Shown here piece by piece: positions 57,461 to 64,000 of a DNA stretch of 64,000 nt. The notes under the pieces are model-generated. The model did not search any database, had not been told where the DNA came from, and was given only the letters and a program-made list of their open reading frames with translations. The stretch lies in the NCBI GenBank assembly GCA_907165135.1, contig OU015568.1, forward strand, positions 16,317,208 through 16,381,207. Reading direction: 5' to 3'. Position numbers and translations under genes: made by a program. The DNA is from Oikopleura dioica (lineage: Eukaryota > Animalia > Chordata). The first letter of the stretch is position 1; each line of letters begins with the position of its first letter.

Positions 57461-60400
57461 TTAGAGTGGTTTACCGTTAAGGGTGAGTGGTTCGCAAGTG
57501 ATTCCGTCTGATTGCACACGCATTTTAACAAAAATGTTTGACAGTAAAATTTTTTCAATCGAAACTCTTTTCACAATATTATCAGATGTTGATCTCAGCA
57601 TTCGTAATGTAAATGAGTTGTTTGATTTTTCAGTTCCATAAAGGCAATCCAAAAATTCTGTCAACCTCAGTTCTACGGCGTGTGGAACTCCTTTGGTCGA
57701 GCGCTTTGTCTCCTTTTTATCGTAGCCTATGTACATTTTATTCCCCAAACAGACGAGAGCACCGTCGTCTGTATACCATTCTTCTTAAAAATAATTTGAG
57801 ATAAAGAATCAATGTCAGTGCTTACTTTTAAGAAGTCCAGGTGTTTTTTCGTTCAAGGTTGTATTTTCAAGGACAAGCCATTTGTGCCATTCTTGTAAAA
57901 ACTCATCTTTTAGCTCCTCTCGAACGCAGGGTAAAAAGGTGGCTTCCATAAGTGATCGATTACTATCTTCACATTCACGGCTTCGAGTAAAGGCTAAAAA
58001 TCGATAATATTTGATTTCTATGAATAAACTTACAGATCGCCAAACTATCGGTATCACAATAGTTAAGTTTGTAGGATCCAGGCTTTAAGTACTTATGAAG
58101 AAAATTGTATACAAATGTGAGAAAGTGTAATTTAGAGTTCTGTAAAATGGCAACGCCCATTACAGTTGGCTTATCGTCTTTGATTTTCATTTTATCAAAA
58201 GTGACTTCTGAAATAGTGTACTCGCCATTCTCCTGACAAAGAGGTTCTGAAGATTTGTATGTTGGCTTAACAATAGATCGCATAAGCTGTTTCTCGTCAT
58301 TGTACTTCATATTTGGTCGGTCAACTTGCTCTATTGCCTTTCCAAAACCTCCGCAATTTCCAATTGTTTTGAAAGCAAGCGCAAGCGAGTCTTTGCCGTT
58401 TACGATTGCATTTACCCGACCGTTTGTGATTGAATCCACGTAGTCTTTCAAGCATGTTGTAGCGCGAAATTGTGTGAAAGATGTTATATTTGTTATTTTC
58501 AAACCGATTTCGAGGTAAAATTTGGCGAGACTGGTCAAAAGAAAAAGACTTTTACCATTAAAAGTCTGAACAACAGTCTCTTGTTGACATTTTTTACCGA
58601 GTTTGGCGAATTGTTCCTTCATGTAGGGACTCAAATATTCGTCAGTTATCATCATTCGTTGAATAACTGGTGGAAAATTGATATAAGATATTTTTTTATA
58701 GATTTCATCGGGGCAACTTACATCAGCCACAATAAATCCGAAGATTCTATTGTTCTTTATACCTTTGAGAATTGAGTCTTCAGTTTCCTTTAGTTTGAAG
58801 ATATGACCCCAGTATTTGGAAACCTTTAGAGTATGGTTAAGTATACGTCTACCCTTCCATTCACACTCTCTCATTACATGCACTTCTCCTGAGGAGCGGA
58901 GTACTTTATACTTTTCTTCCCATCGTAAGTCTCTTTCACCTGGGTTGCAATCTTGGCAATATGTGTGAAAATAACATCCAAGAAATTCAAAATAATGATT
59001 AACTCCATCAACTTGCGCGTATCCATCGATTTTATAGTCACCGATCTGATGCTCACCACGATAATACTGATGCTCGAGAGGGATTCTTTCACCAGTTGAC
59101 GAGACAAGAATCGGACTAAATTCGTCGATGAAAGTAAGCCATTGCAGCGCAGCAAAACTATTGCCGGTTGACATGATAGACTTTCTGAAGAATGTGTCGT
59201 CCACTTTCGTCCATCTTATTCCTATTTCACATGTTAGACTTGAAAATAAATTAAAATCTTACCTGGAGTTGATGGTATCTCCATTTTTGTGAAAATAAAT
59301 AAAGGGCATTGAAGTCGAGAAACACCACTCTGGTAAAAGGATCGCCATTAGGAGCGAACTTTGCGTTTCTCGGAGCTTCTACACCTGGACGAAGTTCGGT
59401 ATAGCGGGAAAAAACATTAACGAGGCCACCAATGACGTTTTCTCTAAGAAGTTTATGCTCCATTCGAAATTTTTCGTGAAACGAGTCTAAGTAAGAGTTA
59501 AATGATTTATAAGATGGTTGACTTACAGATGAATGGAGAAGTCTTCGAGAACTTCTCAAATACACAGGCCATGGCGAATTTCGGCAGGCTCATACAATAT
59601 GATGGATCGATTTTAAAGACATCGAAGAAAACCCGAAACTGGTTGTCGATAGCTTTCGCGAAAGGGTTAACGTCCATTAAATTATAATGCTTTAGCCAAT
59701 GGGCCATGGTAAAGTTTGGATTGATCTTTTGATTATGGTAAAACTCAGCTCTACATTTTTCATACTGCTTTTTATCGCAATGAGAATTATGTAAACTCGA
59801 AAAGAACTCCTCGAATGCAGGAAACTCTCGATCATTTATAATGTCGATAACGCTCGCGTATTTTTCATATGGCCAGATTGATTTTGACTCATTAACCCCA
59901 TATTGCTTCAAGTAACCATCTAATCTTATGGGTGAATTGAAAAGCAACGCGTCTTTGAATTGAAAGTGGGGAGTTGAAATCGAGAAATAGCTCGAGCCTT
60001 TTTTAATGACATTTACTTTGGACTTGTACTTTTCACGCAAAAGTGGTAGTAAATATGGGGCCATCACTTTTAAATCGAATTTAGCTGAATTAAATCCGTA
60101 AACGTCCATCGTCGCATAATTTTGTAATTCACGCTTGAAGTATCGTAATTTCGCTCTTTTCGACGGTGGAACTTGAAAAAAGAATAAAAAGGACACTTGT
60201 CATTAACTAAATACCTTGCTTCATGACAATATTTTCAAGATGCTCGATGACATCTGTCAGTTCTTTTGGTAGGTATTGTCTTTCGCGGAGCGCGAGAGAC
60301 TCAATCTCGTCGACAAACTTGACGACAAGTTGCTTTGCGGCATCATTGCTGTCATCTCTACGTATAAAGAATCGACTGTATCCAAAGTTGCTCCCTATCG

Positions 60401-61392
60401 CGATACAAAGGAGACGTAATTCTGCATTTTCTGTTGTTTTCTTATTCGTTATCTCAATTTTACGCTCGAGGGTTTCGATATCAAACGTGACTTTAACAAG
60501 AAATGATTATTTGTTAAATTATTAAGACTTACGATAACGCGATTTTCGAAAAGAACGCATCTTTTCCGAAAGATACCCAAATTCGATAGCTTCGATGATT
60601 GGATAAACACTTAAGCCATATGGACGTTGTCTCGGTATGATTTCTTTCACTCTTGTCAGACACTTCTTTTCGTGCTTATCCATGTTTGCCTTTTCCTCAC
60701 TTTCATATCCACATTGTTCGTTTGAGCATTGATATATCTGCCCGAAACCTTTTTCATTAAAGATATATCTCAAGTCAAGCGCAGATCTTGAAAGGATCAA
60801 ATCGTCCTTTTACACAAAAATTTAAGACTTGATTTTGCTCATGTTCTTTTGGCTTAAAAGATTGCAAAAGTTTATTTAAAAGCGATTTTGAGCGGATGAC
60901 CTCATAAAACTTTAGCTCATATTTGAGATCTCTTGCAATTTTTGAAAGATCTTTCGCGAAAACCATGCTTGGACCGCCAAAAATTTCGAATCCTTTGATT
61001 TTGAGAGAGTAGTCAAGCTCACATTGGGGTTTCACTGGCTTGTGCAGTAAGGAAATGAAGGAGGAAAACGGATAAAGATAGAGTGAGCTCGGAAGAATTT
61101 CAATAATCAGACTTTCTTTTGTTAAAACAACATCCTCTTTTAATTTTAGTTTAATATTACGTCCTTTGTTAATGTTTTCTACTTCGACTATGTGGAGGTT
61201 ATAGTGATTAATTATTTCAGTTATGTTTCTATCTCCTACTGCATCTGTCAAGTTTTTGCAATAGGAAATGAAATTTCTGGATGCAAGCTTTCCGTCTTTA
61301 AAAAGCTCCTTGTAATTTTGCCCATATTTTTTTATCTCTCCTAAAGTTATCCAGGGATTGAGACCAGGAATCAAAAAACTAAAACGTTTCAT
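57461..61392 (-). CDS. Protein-primed family B DNA polymerase (pPolB), 8 exons, about 1200 aa, with one apparent 1-nt frameshift
   Basis: Splicing rebuilds ExoI YLTFDIET, ExoII YGFNSAKFD, ExoIII-like HYNLMDV, IGGLVNVF, LDFNALY, KTIGNCGGFGK, YCDTDS, PGLLKKEW and KRSTKGVP. Introns 60491-60532, 60172-60214, 59487-59526, 59222-59262, 57994-58033 and 57784-57825, plus an ambiguous one ending at 60807. Confidence 0.92.
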
Positions 61393-61506
61393 GCTCTAAG
61401 GACCATTCTCGGAAATGAGGATAATCCGGATCTTTCACAGTAGACTAAGCTCAATTGATTATTCATGCTCAAATACGCTAGAAGATGGCGCTAGAATGGA
61501 AGAAAG

Positions 61507-62139
61507 ATGAGGACAAAGAATTTGATTGCGTGCAAAATGCGAGAATTTGAGCTTGAGAGCATCACAGACGACATGGCAATTATTTATTGTCGTGTTTGCT
61601 ACAAAAAAACGTCTCTTGCACCGTCAATAAGCGTTATTCGACGTAGCGATCTGCACGGTAATCATGTCCCTGGTGGTCAGTGTCGAGAATGCTCACGACG
61701 ACACTACTATCCATTTACGCCTGCGGAATGGGTTGAATTCAAAAACAATGCGTTTGAAATCAACGATAATCATTATGTCGCTAGAGACGCACTGATTCCA
61801 TCACAATTATGCAGAACATTCACTCGAGGAGCATGTATTGGCAGCATCATCATCAAAGCTCGTCAACTGAAGCTTGCTTCGCGGAAAATAACCCAGGAAG
61901 AAAGGAATCTTTGCGTGGTCTGTTTCGAAACAGACAAACCCATGGTAACATGCTTAGAAATTAGTTTATTATAATGATTTTAGGATCCTATGCCATGCAA
62001 ACATTACGTTTGCGCTGATTGCCATGCACAACTACGATCAATTGACAACGAAGAGATGTCAAATCGATGCCCCTACTGTAAAACTTTCATAAAGTACACT
62101 CATCTTCGTCAGATTACAAAACACGAGCGTCGAATCTAA
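61507..62139 (+). CDS. C3HC4 RING-finger protein with an N-terminal Cys-rich Zn module (2 exons)
   Basis: A 39-nt intron (61945-61983) joins CVVCFETDKPM to DPMPCKHYVCADC..RCPYC, completing C-x2-C..C-x-H-x2-C-x2-C..C-x2-C. Confidence 0.85.
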
Positions 62140-62341
62140 CATCAGTTTCTACCACAACTCTTTTGCTTTCGTCAACATCATTCCATACAAAATTTTATCA
62201 AGAATGCTTATCTGTCATGAAATAAAAAAACAAAAATCAAGGTTTTCGACTTGTCAAAATATATTATGTTTCAAACATGTAAGTCAGTGTAAGAATGTAA
62301 ATCAGTGTGTAGCAGGAGAAGAAAAAGCAAAAGATGAGATG

Positions 62342-62884
62342 TCAATATCGTGCTTGTCCATGATTTATTTGTAGGCGCGCAGGTTGTCGACGATTTCTTC
62401 TAACTAAAAGAAATTCTTTTATATTGAGTGACCATGTCTTCAATTTACCTTGACGATTCTGCGGGGCGTTCGCGATAAGAGGAGCTTCTCGTAGTGGGAT
62501 AGGAGCTTCGCGTAGTGGGATAGGGCCGACGTGGGCTTGTTGATTTTCCAATGGAGGATTTACATGTTCAGGTGCAACAATGTGTGGCTGATTTTCGATG
62601 ACTGGATTCTCCGGATTGTGACCACGAGCGATGTTGAGTTGTTGATTGATTCTTTCTTAATTTTCCAAATTAGCCTTGTTTTCGCCATGATTTTGAAACT
62701 TACGCTGAATGTAGGCGACGAACACAATGTAGACGATCAGGGTTATGAAAAGCGCAATGGCGTCATTGAAGGCTTGTTTTTTCGGTTCGATGGTTGGCTC
62801 TGGAGTTATTGGTTCGATGGTTGGCTCTGGAGTTATTGGTTCGACAACTGAACCATTATTCGGGCCAAGAGGTATATGGATCAT
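62342..62884 (-). CDS. Small single-pass membrane protein with Pro/Thr/Glu repeats (3 exons)
   Basis: Introns 62656-62703 and 62404-62448; (EPITPEPTI)x2, TM AIALFITLIVYIVFVAYI and (PIPLREA)x2. Confidence 0.65.
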
Positions 62885-62992
62885 ACTGAATATTCTTTTT
62901 CTCAATTCTAAGTCAAAATTTCTAACAAATTATTGTTTTATCAGTATGTTCGTCAGACTCGATATTTGCTGTTTTCAGTGAGGGAAAGAGCT

Positions 62993-63421
62993 TCAAATTT
63001 CTTCAGGAAGGGGGCCGCTGATGAGTACTAAAATAATCATTTATAAGGGTCTCAAAGAAGCCAAAACTAACGTGTTGATTTCGGAGCTTTTTTCGTTTTT
63101 CTTTTCTTTGTGACGGTGGAGAGGACAACAATCGTCAGGATCATGTTGAGAAAGACAACAGCGAGAAGGCAGTAAAGAATGAGGGTGTATCGCTCGTCTT
63201 CGATGAGAGTTAATGATTGTTGAGTAAAAACTTCTTATTACCGTTGTTGTTCTCAGAGAGTTGAAGATGCGGTTCTTCTACAGCTGGTTCTTTCGCAGCG
63301 TCTTACGAAGGTTTCAAGAAAAAAAATTGTCCTTGTATGTACCTTTTCTAGCACAGAGCTCTGTGAGGTAATCTGATGAGATGTAATCATATCGGTAGTT
63401 GTCGTAAGAGGAGTCTTCCAT
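62993..63421 (-). CDS. ~99-aa single-pass membrane protein with a polybasic juxtamembrane stretch (4 exons)
   Basis: Introns 63302-63342, 63198-63241 and 63028-63071; TM YTLILYCLLAVVFLNMILTIVVLSTV followed by KKRKTKKAPK. Confidence 0.65.
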
Positions 63422-63506
63422 TGCGAATCAGTCTAATAGAGAAAAAACGAAATATTTAGACACTCAAATTCTTTCTATTCAGTTAAAATAACGCGTTCTT
63501 TCTCTT

Positions 63507-64000
63507 TCATGTCCAATTCCAGCAAGGTCGATCGTCTTCTGTAGTCAAATCGTCATCTGTTCTTTGATCACGCTCGTTGTTCTCGGTCATTTCAACTAGA
63601 TAGTTGTAAACATCTTGATAGAAAATAAAACTACAAACTCACCATTTTGCTCATAGAGCAATCGATTCGCCAAGCTCACTCGTAAATCGAATACGTAGTT
63701 CTCCCATCGTCGTCTTATTGTAAGCGCAAATGCTCGAATGCGTACCGCTTTTTTTCTGATGAGAAATCCAAGCAGTACAAGGAAAATGATGACTCCTAAA
63801 TAACTTTCACTATTGCTAGCCTTTGTCTTTGAAAAAACCTGTAATGCCCGCTGAAACTGCGATAATCTGCTGTCTACTCCAATTGCTGAACATCGATGCG
63901 ATTTCGGTGTCCACATTCGTTGTCTGCTGTGCAGGGTCAGAGGTCGGGTTGGTCATTTTGTCACCGCTTCTTGTCGACACAATCGTTGAATCCACCACAG
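63507..64000 (-). CDS. 3' part of a single-pass membrane protein with a Thr/Ser-rich ectodomain; starts beyond the window
   Basis: Introns 63796-63838 and 63596-63642 join IIAVSAGITG|VIIFLVLLGFLIRKK and an acidic tail. Confidence 0.6.

Larger units (their letters stand above)
50479..64000. mobile_element. Maverick/Polinton (virus-like self-synthesizing transposon); runs off the right edge, left end tentative
   Basis: Co-located hallmark genes: A32/FtsK-like ATPase, retroviral-type integrase, adenain-like protease, capsid-like protein and protein-primed PolB. The second terminal repeat is not in the window. Confidence 0.93.

Noticed and set aside
54231-61392. Reading the broken capsid and PolB ORFs as a decayed pseudogene
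   Set aside because: Nearly every break has a GT..AG interval of 40-44 nt whose removal restores frame and motifs. One junction needs a 22- or 94-nt intron and one needs a 1-nt indel.

Overview
Compact eukaryotic (metazoan) genomic DNA with very short introns of about 40 nt, some with non-canonical GA/GC donors. Genes are packed head to tail with splice-acceptor-like AGs just before their ATGs. This best fits the larvacean tunicate Oikopleura (inference). The supplied ORF track is prokaryote-style, so I joined exons by hand. (1) 0.6-18.6 kb: ArfGAP2/3 on the minus strand, then a same-strand operon-like run of FITM, YIF1, TAF6L, RTN4IP1, PKD2-like, RBM39 and PDCD2. A tRNA-Asp lies in the TAF6L interval and an intronless ubiquitin-like gene is nested in a PDCD2 intron. 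(2) 18.7-48 kb: two intact inverted paralogues of a protein kinase + papain-like protease fusion gene, a secreted ~1225-aa protein with five lectin-like modules and poly-Thr linkers, a class B GPCR, sulfotransferase and PPT1 fragments, a coiled-coil gene and several MITE families. (3) About 50.5 kb to the window end: a Maverick/Polinton virus-like element encoding packaging ATPase, integrase, adenain-like protease, major capsid protein, protein-primed PolB and a RING protein, followed by three small membrane-protein genes. Its capsid, polymerase and RING genes are split by 39-44 nt GT-AG introns that restore frame and catalytic motifs. The intron-bearing Maverick and the kinase-papain fusion are the strongest candidates for something undescribed. 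I could not run database searches, so novelty is unverified.
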